From Stegostoma tigrinum (taxonomy: Eukaryota): a DNA stretch of 64,000 bases. Position 1 is the stretch's first letter, and every line of letters starts with the position of its first letter. Positions 36,551 to 50,030 of this stretch are shown in pieces. Under the pieces are notes generated by a model. That model did not search any database. It worked only from the letters and a program-made list of their open reading frames with translations, and was not told the DNA's origin. The position numbers and the translations under genes were made by a program. The DNA lies in NCBI RefSeq assembly GCF_030684315.1, contig NC_081379.1, positions 43,295,404-43,359,403 on the forward strand. Direction: 5' to 3'.

Positions 36551-38779
36551 CATAACCTTAACCTAAGTGAGGAGGTGTATACTCTACAGACTGTGACAGT
36601 CTTAATCACCTTAAACTTGGCACATGAGGTTGTCACTTAGTTTCGGTGATTTATATTAGTTAAATACATGACATGTCTTTCCTGTCATAATCTTCAATTC
36701 CCCATTTGAATTTAATATATACTTGTTTTACAGGTTAATATTTTAATGCAGGAGATGGCAGTCTGTCCACAACTCTATATCATTAAATTGTGAAATGTTA
36801 AATATGAAGAAATGATTTCTGAAATTGTTTCTATTTGTGACAACCTTAAGACTATTTGATTTGCTTTCTGGTTTTCTACAAAATATCCCTCTATTGATCT
36901 GCTGAATACTCTAATTCATAAAATTGGATGTTTTAAGCAAGTAGAACGTAAGCACCACTGTATGAACTTACCCTGTGTGTCTCTTTCCAGCATTCCTGCT
37001 GTAGTTACAACAGGGGAACCTTCAAGCAATTTCCTGCCTCTGGGTTGGTTCCTCAGCTTTTTTTCAAATCTCAATTGTCTGAAATATTGAGCAACCTTAA
37101 TTTCCATTCTGAACATGCCTTTATTGACTTTTGTATAAAATAAAAACTGGCACACTTAACACAGCTTGACATAATACTCTTGAAGTTTGAATCCAAGACA
37201 TCTCCCAACAATGAATTTTTCTTTGCGATTGTCACTTAATGTGCAGTGGTGTTACTGTACCAACTATACCATGGAGGGAAACTAAATTGCACCAGTGCGA
37301 ATATATGAAATACTGCCATTTGTGATAACCCTTCGATGTGCTCCCACTGCCAGGACCAGCATCAACAAACTAGTATTCTATTTGAATATTCGGATATACC
37401 CTCCACCTGACAGCGAATGTATAACTGCACAAATTCCAAGACATTGCTATGTTTTTCAATAGCTTTAAATGGACCTATTGAAAATTATATATTTACACAC
37501 ATAAACACCATTTATGCTTTACAGATATCCATATGGCAAAATGCTATGATGTTTTTCAATGTTTAATCAACAAGTAGAGGCATTTTCCTGACGCTTTATT
37601 CCATTTCTATGGAAATGCATTTTATTTTATTCATATATCCTATTTTAATAAGACTACAGCTTTCAATTAGTAGTAATCTGAATATTGAGTGTGTATTTTT
37701 ATTTTTTAAGACTTTTCTTCTTGAATCTTAAAATTTATAGATAAAATAAATTTTATTGCTTTTTAAGATCTTATCAAAATTAGATTAAGTTATAATTGAA
37801 TTACTAAATTATACCAATAGATCCATTATTGCTGAAGTTTGAGACACCCCCGATAATGCTTATTTAAGATATCTAGCATTGTTCCATTTTAGCGAAGTAA
37901 TTTAGCAGAATTACTAAGTCTTTTATCTCAAACTTTTGCTTTAGCACAAGTGTCCCAGCAAGCATCTCACTGTCTTCTATAATTAGCTGGTCTCCTTTTT
38001 TTTTTTTGCACATGTTTATGTATTGAAGGTCTTGGACAATGTGTTGAGATTAGTCTGGATATTAGTGCCAAAAATGAAGGACGTCAGTTATGTAAAGAAA
38101 CCAGAGAAGCTCGGATTGTTCTCTTTTGATCTTAAAAGAAAGTTCAGGTGACATTTGATAAAGGTGTTCAAAATGATGAGCTGTTTTTATAGAGCAGATA
38201 AGTTGTCTACATTTGCAGGAGGCCCAAAAACCAAAGATAATAGATTTAAGATAATTGGTAAAAGACTCAAAGTGGAAAGGAGTCTTTATGAAGTGAATTA
38301 TAATGATCAAGCATAGACTACTTGGAAGTAAGAGCAGATACAATACAAACTTTTAAAAGGGAAATTTGTTGTGTATGAAACAAGAAAAAAGTTACACTGC
38401 TATGGAGAAGAAGCAGGATAACTAATTGAGTAACTATTGCTGGCACAGGTACAGTAAGCTAAATAGGCTCCTATGCCATGTGATACTGCTAAACTATAAA
38501 CTTAAGTAGTTTCTTTCTCCAACATCAAAAGCTGTTGTTTCCAAGTACATCTAACTGAGTCAAATTTAATTTTTAAAGTGCCATTTTTTAAATTACTCCC
38601 ACAAAGAACAGTTTAGTCAAACATGACTTTACTTCCACCAAAATCATGTTGATCCTAATTGTTTTCAGATTTAAGTGGCCAGTTATAATTTTTAATCATT
38701 GATTTATAGCATTTTCCATTTAAATATTAGATTGACAAATATGTAGTTACCTGTTTTCTGTTTCCTTCCTCCCATGAAT

Positions 38780-40300
38780 AAAGGTTTTAGATTTGCTCTT
38801 TAATTGCACTATTTATGATCCCGTTCATCACTTAACTGATGATTTGAGATAATGCTACTGGTGTGGAAATCGGCCAAGTTGGATTTGTCCTGCATTTTGT
38901 GAACAAGGCAAACTGGGCAATTTGCTACATTGTTGGGCAGATCCCAGTGTTGTAGCTGTACTGGAATAGCTTGGCTACGGTCACGGTAAGAGCACAAGTT
39001 TTCAATACTACTGCTGAAATGTTGTCAGGATTTGCAGCCTTTGCAGTATCCAGTCCATTTAACTATTGCTTCATTTCATATAATGGAGTGAATATAAATA
39101 GCTGAAGACTGCGATCAATTATATTGGCGATCTCTGGTGGAAGGTTGGATGGATCACCTGTGGCTGAAGACTCTCAAACTTTTCCACCTTATTTTTTGCA
39201 ATGATATCTTGGCTTCCCACATCCATTGAGCATAAGGATATTTGTGGAATCAACACCTCCAGTGATCTGTTTAATTGTCCACCACTATTCATGACTGGAT
39301 ATGGTAGGCCTACAGAGCTTAGATCTGATCTGTTGCTAGTAGAATTATTTAAACCTGTCTATCATTTGCTGCTAATGCTGTTTGGCTTGCACTTAGTCCT
39401 GTTTTAGCTTCACCAGGTTTACATCTCACTTTTGAGTATGCCTTTTGCTGCTCCTGGCACACCCTCCTGCACTCTTGATTGAACCAGGGCTGAGGGCAGA
39501 GTGGGATATCAATCAGGCTGAGTTTCCAAATATTGTTGGAATACACTTCTGCTTCTGATCGACCACAGTACCTCGTTTTCCCAGACTCTAGTTGCTAGAT
39601 CTGTTCAAAATCTATCTGTTTAGCTTAGTGAATGTGCTGTGTGGCACAATGTGAGGTATTATCATTGTGAAGGTTGCACTTCATCTCCACAAAGAGATGC
39701 GGTGGACACTCCTGATTTTGTCATGAATAGATGCATCTGTAGCTGACAGATTGGTGAGAATGAGGCCACATATGTGTTCCCTCACCTCCCAGCCTAAGAG
39801 TTATGTCCTTCAGAAGTTGGTCAGTTGTGTGGATGCCAAGCCACTCTTGGTGATGGATATTGAAGTCCACACAGTTTGTTCTGCGCCATTGCCACTCTGC
39901 GCCATTGCCACTCTCACTGCTCTCTCTGCATGGGGTTCAACATGAAATCATTAGCTGACAGGGGGACATTAGATGTAATTACCAGGTTGTTTCCTATCCG
40001 TTTGTGACCAGATGCCATGAGGATTCATGGAATCCATAGTCAATGCCATGAGGATTCATGGAACCTATAGTCAATGAGGTCTCTCAGAACCACTCCATCC
40101 TGATTGTAAACCTCTGTGCTTCCACCTGTGCTGTTGTTTGGACAAGACATACCCAAGAATGGTGTCATTGGTGTCCGGGACATTGGAAGATGTGATTCAG
40201 GGAGTATGGTATGTTGACTGCTGTGGGCTAGTCTGTCAGACAGCGCTCTGTTTTTTTTCACTAGCCCCAAAATGTTGGTAAGGAAAACTTAGCAGGGTTG
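38780..40300 (-). mobile_element. Decayed non-LTR retrotransposon (CR1/L2-like) ORF2 fragment
   Basis: QPWFNQECRRVCQEQQKAY and VCLVHKMQDKSNLADF (PVHKK.DKS.PANYRPI-like). Confidence 0.75.
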
Positions 40301-40959
40301 ACAGGCCTGTGTTTGCCAGGCAGAGTCATTTGTGGTGCCTTGGGTGATGTGATATGTGGTATGTTAAGCTTAATTTCTTTTCAGGATTTGTAGCTGTTTG
40401 ATAAGTGATTAGCTGGTTAGGCCATTTCAGAGGGTAGTTGAGAGCCAACCACACTGCTGTCAGTTTAAAGTCGCATGTTGGCCAGACAGGGTAAAGATCG
40501 CAGAGTGCCCCCCCCCCCCCCCCCCCCCCCAGGACATTAGTGAACTGGGTGGGTTTTGTGACAGTGGACACTAAATACCAAGTTATTTGTTTTTCCTTTT
40601 GGAATTCAAATTCTGCCATCTGCCATAGTGGGATTCATACCTGCATTACTTGGGAATTTGATTATTTGTCCAAAGACTACCATACATTATCTGATCATAA
40701 GTGGAGTGTCCCCTGTCAGCTGATGATTCAGTATTTCATGTTGAACCCCACCTAGAGGGAACACTGAGAGTAGATGGGCTTCAGTGTCCATCACCAAGAG
40801 TATCACTACAGCAGCATCACTACAGACTATGTAGGCCAAGTGCTAAAGGACGTAACTCTTATGTTGGCAAAGAAAGCGTGGATTGGTAGTACAGGAAAAG
40901 TTACAAAGCAATAGGAGTTAAGACCCAGTCCTTTTTCCACCCCGTTCTTTATTTCCAAA

Positions 40960-41300
40960 CAATCAAGAGTGAAGCTGTTGCACTATAAATATGTCTGCAA
41001 ATCTTGAGAGGATAGCTGATTTTCCATTGTGTCCTGATGAGAGCTGTTCTGTTCCATCTCAGCTAATCTTGTGAGATTATGATGTGGTTAGCTGCTCTGT
41101 GCACGTTTCTTGAAGCTGAATTAGATCATGACTGTTGTGGATCTGCCTCCTGTGAAGCCATACTGTCTGAGTATTTCCTCGGCTCGTTGATGGAACCTTG
41201 TTAGAATGACTGAGAAACGCTTTCCCAATGGTACTGAGGGATAAGATGACAACTTCCTACTCCCTGCTGCTAGTTGGATGTCTGTGACGGTCAAAGCTGG
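40960..41300 (-). mobile_element. RTE-clade LINE RT fragment
   Basis: GKRFSVILTRFHQRAEEILRQYGFTGGRSTTVMI resembles RTE GK.F..IL..RL...AE.ILPESQCGFR.GRST.DMI. Confidence 0.65.
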
Positions 41301-42284
41301 AAGGCTAATAGCAGGCTGTCCAGCACTAAAGGAGCTGCAGTTTTCCAGGCAAGGGAATGTGAGGCCACTTCTATCTCGAGCACTCTTGAAAAAAGACCAC
41401 ACGTGCCAGAATGCTGTTGTGGAGAGAAGCCCCTCCACAAAGCTGATTCCAGTGTAGCTGTGGCTTAGAGATGGTGCATTGTGGTATTGGGATTCTCCAA
41501 GTGATTCTGGAGAGCTGCCCTATCCCTGGACTGCAGCTGGGTGGTCACTTCCAGGTATTTGTCATGCTCCTAATGCCACGGGTGGCCCAAAGTTCCATTT
41601 GGGAAATTCTAGCCTGCTACCAAGCAACGGTTTTGATTATCCATTTTTGAAGTGAAATAACGAGGTACCAGAAGCTGTACCATGTCTGAGCCATCATCCA
41701 GGAAAATGGCCAGGGAGTTGGAATGTGGCACGAACCAACCAGCATTGAGTAATTCCACATCTGCCTGTTCTATTCCTGTCCTCTTCAAATCAGTACCAGA
41801 GACCTGTCCTGTCTTCTAACATTCTGGTAAATGACTGGTATTGTTGACAGTGAAGTGGGATTGAACCTATGGCCTTTACTCATAGAGATACGGTAGTTTA
41901 AACTTGGTTGCAAACTAATTAGGAACTGGAGCTGAACGGTATTCAAATTATTGATGCATAGTCATACAGCATGGAAACAGACCCTTCAATCTAACTCGTC
42001 CATGCTGATCAGGTTTCCCAAACTAAACTAGTCCCACTTGCCTGAATTTGGCCCATATCCCTATAAACCTTTCCTATTCATGTACCTGTCTAAATGACTT
42101 TTTAAATGTTGCATTTGTACCTGCATCTGCACATTTTGCTCAACATCAGTGTCAGTTATGAAGATGTCATGTCTGACTCAAAATGTCACATCTATTACCC
42201 ACTGCAAAAGTTTCTCAGACATACTGAATTTCTCGCAGCATTTTCTATTTATATTTCAGATTTCCAGCATCTATTGTATTCTGA

Positions 42285-43410
42285 ACATAGGAACAAAGAA
42301 CAAGTGTAGGCCACTTGGCACTTTGAGCCTGCTTTGGCATTCAATAAGATCATAACTGATCTAATTTTAACCTCAACTGTATATGCCTGATAATTTTTCA
42401 CAGCATTGGTAATCAAGAATCTATCTACCTCTGCTTAAATATCTTTAAAGATTCTGCATCCACTCCCTTTTAAGGAAGGGAACTCCAAAGACATTCAACT
42501 CCCAGAAAATATGTTTTAAATGGCCATCCCGACCCCCTTATTTTTAAACTATCACCACCTGTTCTAGTTTCTCACACACAAGAAACAACACGCTTTTAAC
42601 ATTCACCCAGTCAAGTCCCTTCAGGATCTTATGTTTTAATTAACTCGCCTGTGACTTTGCAGTATTCTAGAGGATATAGGGCTAAACTGCCTAGCCTTAC
42701 TTCATAAGGCAATCTGCTTATTTCGGGTATTATTTTTATAAAACTTCCCTGAAGGGTTTACAATGCATTAACATCCTTCTGCAAGTACAGTCACCAGTAC
42801 TGTACAAAGTACTTCAGAAGCAACTTCACAAATGCCCTGTATAACTGAAGCATAATTTCCCTTGTACGAGGTCACCCAGATCTCTCTGCATGTCAGACCT
42901 CTGCAACCTCCCAACATTTAAACAATCTGCTTTTTCATTACTGCTGCCAAAATGAACAATTTCACACTTTTCCCATGGTCATACTCCATTTGCCAGATCT
43001 TTGTCCACCTACTTAACCTATCTACGTCCCTTTTTTGTAGGCTTCTTATCTCCTCTTCACAACTCACTTTCCTACCTATCTTTTTGTCATAATCAAATTT
43101 AGCTTATGTACCTTTTGATCCCTTCTTCCAAATCATTTCCATAAATTATAAAGAATTGAGGCTCCAGCACAGACTCTTGTGGCATACCATTTGTGACAAC
43201 ATGCCAAACTGCAAAAAAAACCCACTTACTCCCCACACTTTTGCCTGTTAGCCAGCCAATCTTCTCCCCCATTTATTGACTCCCACAGTATTTGCTTTTA
43301 CTTTCTACAAGAACCTTTGCGGTATCTAATGCAATGTCTTCTGAAGATCCAGATACAATACATCACACTGGTTCCCCTTTTATCCACAGCACAAGTTACT
43401 ACTCAAAGAA
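42285..43410 (-). mobile_element. CR1 LINE fragment
   Basis: Reverse complement of CR1 RT and 3' sequence (CCATTTGCCA, GGCTCCAGCACAGACTCTTGTGGCATACC), with the tail at ~42290. Confidence 0.7.
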
Positions 43411-43447
43411 CTTTGCTTTTATATCAGTAGCTCATGGTTAACTGTAT

Positions 43448-43463
43448 TGACGTCACTTCCTGT
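43448..43463 (+). promoter_or_regulatory. Overlapping CRE/ETS motif, candidate FKBP8-like promoter
   Basis: TGACGTCACTTCCTGT (reverse complement ACAGGAAGTGACGTCA) ~420 bp upstream of the ATG. Confidence 0.55.
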
Positions 43464-43877
43464 TATTGTTGTTCCAGACTGCAGGACGACTACCCCGTCT
43501 TGGATTATGAAGTTCTTAATTCTTAAAGTTGAGTTCTAAATGGCTTCTAACTGATTACTTTGTATCGAATATGTATCCATAGTAACAGGAAAACATTCTA
43601 TGATGCAACAATCTGTGTTTAAAAAGTGTTCTAAACAGTAATTTGATATTAAGACATTTAAGTCTTGAAATGCTTTTGTAATCAAGTGCTGATGCATTGT
43701 AAGCAAAAGAGTACCTGTTTATTTATAAATTATGTCCTGATTGTGACAGACCATTCACATTATGATGGCTTTTTCGTGATAATATCTGTCTACCTTGTGA
43801 TTCGATATTTATGAATACGAAAATCTGACAACTTAATAATATTTGAATGCACATCTGTGTTGCTGTTGGAGTTTTGA

Positions 43878-43962
43878 ATGAGTACCCTGTGGAATATGGA
43901 CACAACACAAGATGCTACTGGTGATGTAGCATATAATTCAAAAGACTGGACTGATGTGCTAG
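43878..43962 (+). CDS. FKBP8-like (FKBP-TPR) coding exon 1
   Basis: MSTLWNMDTTQDATGDVAYNSKDWTDVL(G). In-frame TGA directly before the ATG; G|GTATGT donor; W.D.LGNG.L.KK motif as in FKBP8. Confidence 0.8.
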
Positions 43963-44050
43963 GTATGTGCAATTAATGATGCAGTTACTAATAACATAAC
44001 AGATGTAGAGATTTTGCTTGAGATAAACTGATACAAATAATTCACTGCAG

Positions 44051-44220
44051 GCAATGGGCTGTTGAAGAAGAAAATTCTAAAATATGGCAATGTTAAACTT
44101 GAAAGACCTGGAAAGGGACAGAATGTGAAAATCTGGGTGAAGATAATGCATGAAAATGGAGATGTCATACTGGGCCGCCAAAGGCTGTCATTCACCATAA
44201 ATGGAACAGATGTCATTAAG
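44051..44220 (+). CDS. FKBP8-like exon 2 (FKBP domain)
   Basis: GNGLLKKKILKYG...RPGKGQNVKI...ENG...LSFTINGTDVIK; CAG/GTGGGT boundaries. Confidence 0.92.
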
Positions 44221-44442
44221 GTGGGTGAATGTATATCAATGGTATTCCATCAGCATGCCATTACAAACAGTACGGTATTAGAACTTGCAGCTGTGTACGT
44301 TACACACGTGCATGGTAAAACAAACGCTCTGATCAGTGAATACCCAACTATATCTGGTTAGGGTTTATACCACGAGGTAACTTGTATCTGTATAGCTTTA
44401 ATACTTGGTTGTAAATAGTAGGTTAATTGATTAAACTCAATT

Positions 44443-44722
44443 GGGCGCCATGGTGGCTCAGTGGTTAGCACTTCTGCCTCCCAGCTCTAGAGACCTGGGT
44501 CAATTCTAACCTCTGGCAACTGTATGGAGTTTGCACGTTCTCTCCGTCTGCATGGGTTTCCTCCAAAGTCCAAAGATAAGCAGGTTAGGTGGACTGCACA
44601 TGGGAAATGCAGGGTTACAGGGATAGGGTAGGGGGGTGTTGGTATAGGTGAGATGCTTTTGGGAGGGGTGGTGTGGACTCAATGGGCTAAATGGCCTGCT
44701 TCCACACTGTAGGGATTCTATG
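44443..44722 (+). mobile_element. V-SINE (HE1-like)
   Basis: GGTGGCTCAGTGGTTAGCAC head and GGAGTTTGCACGTTCTC V-domain-like core. Confidence 0.82.
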
Positions 44723-45149
44723 AAATTCTTCTTCTGTGGAATGTTTATAAAACTTACAGCATTTTGGCCCATCATTCACATCTCTATAGTTTTAATTTGT
44801 ATGGAATTTGCAGCCATTTTTCATTATTATGTGAAGGTATGAATTATAGAATAAAGAAACATATGCAATTTAGAGCTATGCGTCTTCCAGCAACTTTTAA
44901 TTCACATCTGCCCTTAACTCTTCCCCTATGTGACCTTTACAATGCTATAAATATGTACTGCTTTCATAAGGTAGACAGATTATCACCTGAATATTACACT
45001 TTGTTATAATTTATTTACCTGTCCATAATTTACATACATGGTTGCAAATTACAATGATAATTCACAGCTGTCTACAACTAATACCTGTGTTAATTCAGAC
45101 CCATAATAATACAAGATCTGTATTAGATTACTTAGATTGGTATAGAAAT

Positions 45150-45460
45150 TGCACTGTAGCCTAACAGCACTAGGGCCCCGGGTTTGATTCTGCCCTTGGG
45201 CGATTGTTTGCATGTATGGACTTTGCATATTCTCCCTGTGTCTGTGTGGGTTTCCTCCCATAGTCACAAGATGTGCAGGTTAGGTGGATTGGCCATGCTA
45301 AATTGTCCATGGTGTCCAGGGATGTGTGGGTTAGGTGGATTAGTCATAGGAGATGGAGGGTTACAAGATAGGGGTGTGGGTCTGGATGGGATCCTGTTCA
45401 AAAGGTGGTTGATGGCTTGATGGGCCAAATAACCACCGTCTACACTGTAGCGATTCTATC
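45150..45460 (+). mobile_element. V-SINE (HE1-like)
   Basis: GACTTTGCATATTCTCCCTGTGTCTGTGTGGGTTTCCTCC core and the same tail as the 44443 copy. Confidence 0.78.
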
Positions 45461-45639
45461 AAGTACACTTGCTTTATCATGTTACTGATGCAAGTTAATA
45501 AGCGCAGTGGGAGACTTAATGCCCGGTTATCAAAGCAAGTGCCACCCATTCTTTTTGGGAACCCTAAGGGACTGAAATCTCTAATTAACAGCATGAACGC
45601 TGTTGTTGGGGCTCCCAGTTATATAGGGTACTTCTAGTT

Positions 45640-48600
45640 GCAAGATTGGGCAGAAATCCTGTTCCTTAGGGGGGTGCCAGAAAATCAGATGCAACAGTTC
45701 GCCATTCCTATCTGTGGCTGGCAGTTGAAGTTAATTTTTAATCAACTGGTGCATACATATTTTGTAGCCTCCATGGCAGATGGGAAATTATTCCCAAAGC
45801 CAGAGGCAATGTCACTGCTACAGAAGGGCCATGACAAAAACAAACTTCTTCAGACGTGGTACGACACACCTCCATGGCAGGTTGGAATTCAACCCGGACC
45901 TTTCTGCTGTAGAGGTAGGAGCACTACCACTGCCGATGAACCTCCAAAGGAGTTGTAGCTTGTGCCATGTTGCTGAACCCTTGGGCAGATACACGGCTGC
46001 AGCCAGGTTTCTTCATTAATGTGTGAGATGTGGTAAGGGTGGTGTTTTGCTCATTTCTAATTACATATTGATCAGCCCAGGGGCTTGGGCAAGGTCAGTC
46101 AGCTGCTCTGGGTATTCAGGGAGGTGGGGGAGGCAGGGTGGGGTCAGAACCTCCTGGGTGCGGTCTATGATCAGCCTAGGGGTCCAGTGTGAAAGTGCAA
46201 GGAATCATGGAAATTCAGTTGGGGGCATGGTTCAGTTAAGGGTCTGGTCAGTCAACATGGTAAGGTTATGCCAGAGGGCATGGTGAAGGTATGCGAAGGC
46301 TTGGGGTCCCTTGGGTCCCAACATCCACAAAAAAATCCATTATATACCACAGAGTCCTCTTTGTCGCTGAACGATGTGGACATTGGTGAGAAAGATGGAC
46401 GGTGTGAACCTTCATGGGGTGGAAAACAAAAAGTTCCTTTTTCCAAACCACAGAGATTCTTGCTAGTGAGTTAAAACTAGCCGGTTTGAATGCATTATGA
46501 TTTTATTATTAATTATCCCTCAGCTGGGCATCTCTGTTATGGGGCTGGGAGGCAACATCTCAGGTTGTAGAGGGGATACCTATTATTGAAGAGGGCAACT
46601 CAATATAGAGGAGAGCAGGATAATAGAGCATGGAAGAGATGGAATTCACGAGAAGGGTTTATCAAGTCATATCACCCTGACTTTTATTGGAGGGGTGCAT
46701 GGGGACAGAACAAGACCATAAATATTTTGGCTTGCTATGCTTGGGGAAGAGGTGACAAAAGAATGGTTAAGGAGACAGGCCATGGGAAAGTAGGGAAGAT
46801 CAAAGTGGATGGGATTGACATGGAAGGTTTATCGAAAAGGGAAGGTGTCCATTTATAGCTTCACAGTCTGAGCCTGACACATTCGAGTATGACCCTGGTT
46901 TCCATCCATCATGCTGAAAATGTGCAATGGAGCTGAAAATAGCTGCCACTTCTCCCATGGTGGGTGGGGTAAGCATCTCGTTCTGTGAGGAAGAGGTCTG
47001 CACTTTGATATCCACAAGGTCCTGAAGCCCACAGCTGGGACAGAGGGAGCCTGTTCTCCAGTACCGTCTGTCCCTTGGGGTTTTGGTCAGGTAATCTCGG
47101 GGACAATTGTGTCCAGACAGCCCAGACATGCTGAGTGTGTCGTACCCAGAGGCAAGGTGTACCCTCCCCAGCTTGAACTCCCTGAGAGTGGAAGACTGCA
47201 GGAAGGGTGAAGGTGGAGGGTCCAGCCAACTCTGGAGCATCCTTAGAGGAGATTTCCAGGCTTGTCAGTGGTTCCTCTTTCTGCTGGGTGCCTCCTGGCA
47301 CTGCCCTGCCTCCTCATGAGGAAGGGGCATGTAGAGTGAGGTCACTCATCTCCCTGTTGAAACGGCTAGGAGCTCAACTGGACCTGAAACTCTATGGCAG
47401 CGCTAACTAGTCCATGGAGACAGACACTCATGTGCCAGAAGCAGCATCGTGCAATCGGCATTGCTTTACCCAGCACTTGTAAACAAAGCTGTTCATATCC
47501 ACTTGTTTATTTGAATGAAATTGTTCATTGTTGGCATCTTCTGCCTGGAGCTGTGCATGGTCTCCATTTGTCCTCCGAGTGCCAGTGACCAGCTTGTGGA
47601 GACATGGCAGAGGTGTGCCCACCAGGAGGTGCTTCAAATTCTGATCAAGCTGAAGCACCCACTGAGGTACCAGTATCTGAGAGCACTGGAGATGCCATTA
47701 ATACCTGCAGGAGACCAGAAAGAACATGTTGTGAACAAGACATCGATTTTTGGGTACATTGAGAGTACATTCATAGTAATGGGAGAGTAGCACATCAAAG
47801 GACAATGATTCTTATTTGGTTGCTGGTATAGGTATGTTTCAGAATCAGTGTGTGTGCAGTCTTTGCCCTCAACCACAATCATGTCTTCACTGGGTGAGAA
47901 GGCTAAGGTCTGGCACCCTTCCGCCCATAACTGCCCTGGGCTCTCTTCTAATGGAATGGAACAAAAAGGGGGAACTGATGAGATAAAAGTGGATGGAACA
48001 GCTATTCGCACTGGTGCAGATGAGGCAAAGATGCTGAGGTATCCCAAATAAGTGAGTAGGTGGTGCAAAGGCCGTGCAGGGTCATGGTTAGAGTTAGTCT
48101 GGGAGAATTATCTGGCTGATACCATGAGGGAAAATGTTGCATGAAATAATGAGCATGATAGACCACAGTGAGAGATAAGTGCAGAGCAAAGTCAGTGGGA
48201 GTGAGGCAGCAGCAGAGAGAAGATGGTGGTATTTGCCTTTTTGGAGCAGTGGAGATCATTGACCTTCTTTCTGAATTGTTGCCCATTTCTTCACACTGTT
48301 GATACTGCATTGACCTGAGAGGCAACCTCGGACTGGGCTGGCAGAGTCTGGTATCATTGTCTCCTCAGTCAGCTCTAAGGTAACAGGATGGCCCTCCTCT
48401 GTACTTCCCCCATCCAGCAGGACATCCAGGATCTTGTCCACAAAGCAAGGCACCATAATACCTCTGTCTGATGTGTGGGAAATGATACTAATTGTGCAAG
48501 GCATTTCCAGCCTGGTGCATAACTGCCTATTAAATATGGTGCTGGTTTTGAGAATCCCTGTATGTCCCAGCAATAGCGAATACATATGCCTGCACAGTGT

Positions 48601-48710
48601 GGGAGAAAACATGGAGCATACGTTGTGAGGCAAATGTGAGGAGGACAGCATGATTTTAAAAAATACTCCTCACGCCTCATGGAGAGAACCCCTCCATGAA
48701 ATTTATCAAA
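45640..48710 (-). mobile_element. Decayed Harbinger/PIF-like DNA transposon (Myb/SANT-like gene remnant at ~48240-48460); boundaries uncertain
   Basis: Across frameshifts it reads VPCFVDKILDVLLDG/EVQRRAILLP...YQTLPAQSEVASQVNAVSTV*RNGQQFRKKVNDL, a Myb/SANT-like pattern. Confidence 0.6.
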
Positions 48711-48923
48711 ACTGATGCTTGGCTTGTTCATGATAAAAATCCACAATGTTTTATTCTGAAGGAAATCTATATGGTTTGCATATAATTTAATCATTACCAA
48801 ATGCTTTCATTGTTGTCTACAGGAACCTGCTCCATCAATTAATCATTCCTCCATGTATTGTTTTTGTAATTTATCACGGGGAAAAAAATGACATTTTAAC
48901 ACTATTGCCCTTTCCTTTCCAAG

Positions 48924-49012
48924 GCCCTGGAGCTCTGTATACCCCTTATGTACATACATGAAACAGCACTGATTCTCACTGATTCCAAATTCTGTTCTGG
49001 ACGAGCTTCCAG
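48924..49012 (+). CDS. FKBP8-like exon 3
   Basis: ALELCIPLMYIHETALILTDSKFCSGRAS (FKBP8 ALDLSVPLM...ETA...DSKYC); AG|GTAAGA donor. Confidence 0.92.
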
Positions 49013-49659
49013 GTAAGAATTCACATTACTTTTTTTTTTCATTGGATAACAGTTACATACGGCTTCGAGTCTGTATGATGCTGTAGATTCTGGTCAAATC
49101 ACAAGCAAGAAGGTGAAACAACTTTTCTGGATGTAGCTTGATCCCTGAGATTTAATTTCTTTGTATTTTGTATTACTTTCCACACTTAATTTGAAACAAT
49201 AGTAGATTTCCTGTAGCATTCTTTGGGTTATACAGCATATTTTCAATGTTAGGTTCCTAAAAATGACGGGTTATTTTCAGATCACCACTTTTGATCGGCA
49301 AATCTCAGTATCAGAGCTGCTTTAAACAGCAGAGATCAAAGGATAGTTGTAACCGCTTGTATGTTTCAGGGTCTGCACTGACTTGCTTTGTCTTTTTAAT
49401 TTGTACCACAATTGAGCACCTAGGTGATACAACCGATCGCAAATGGCATTCCGTTAAGGACCAAAAAGGAGTGTGTTGGTGTGTCTCCCTTTCGTTAATG
49501 TGTGTCTCTCTTTTCGTTAACTTTATCTTCAACAGCCTCATGCTCTAAATCCTGTGCTTTCTTTCAGGGTCTTTCTCGTCGAATATGGAGAAGAGCAATC
49601 TAAATTATACCCATTTCTTATGTTATTAGGATGAGCTCAAAGCTTTGAATCTGTTTTTG

Positions 49660-50030
49660 GTCATAGATTCATAGAATGATACAGCAGGGAAACAGACCCT
49701 TCAGTCTAACTCATCGGTGCTGACCAAGTTTCCCAAACTAAACTAGTCCCACTTGTCTGCGTTGGCCCATATTCCTCTAAACCTTTCCTTTATGTACCTG
49801 TCCAAATGTCTTTTAAATGTAACTGTACCTGCATCTCCTACTTCCTCTGACAGTTTATTCCATGTACAAATCACCCTCTGTGTGGAAAAAGTTGCCCCTC
49901 AGGTTCCTTTTCTAAAATCTTTCTCCTCTCAACGTAAAAATATGCACGCTAGTTTTGAACTCCAGGGGAAAGACCTTCGCTATTCACCTTATCTATGCCC
50001 CTCCATTTTATAAATCTGTATTGGGTTGTA
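49660..50030 (-). mobile_element. CR1 3' fragment
   Basis: Reverse complement of the CR1 tail, shared with 41960-42125. Confidence 0.8.

Noticed and set aside
39881-40075. Short tandem duplications (16 bp near 39881, 31 bp near 40012)
   Set aside because: Ordinary slippage duplications inside a decayed LINE.
40508-40530. Poly-C run as a functional G-quadruplex
   Set aside because: It is a simple homopolymer within a SINE-like repeat, and its length is error-prone.
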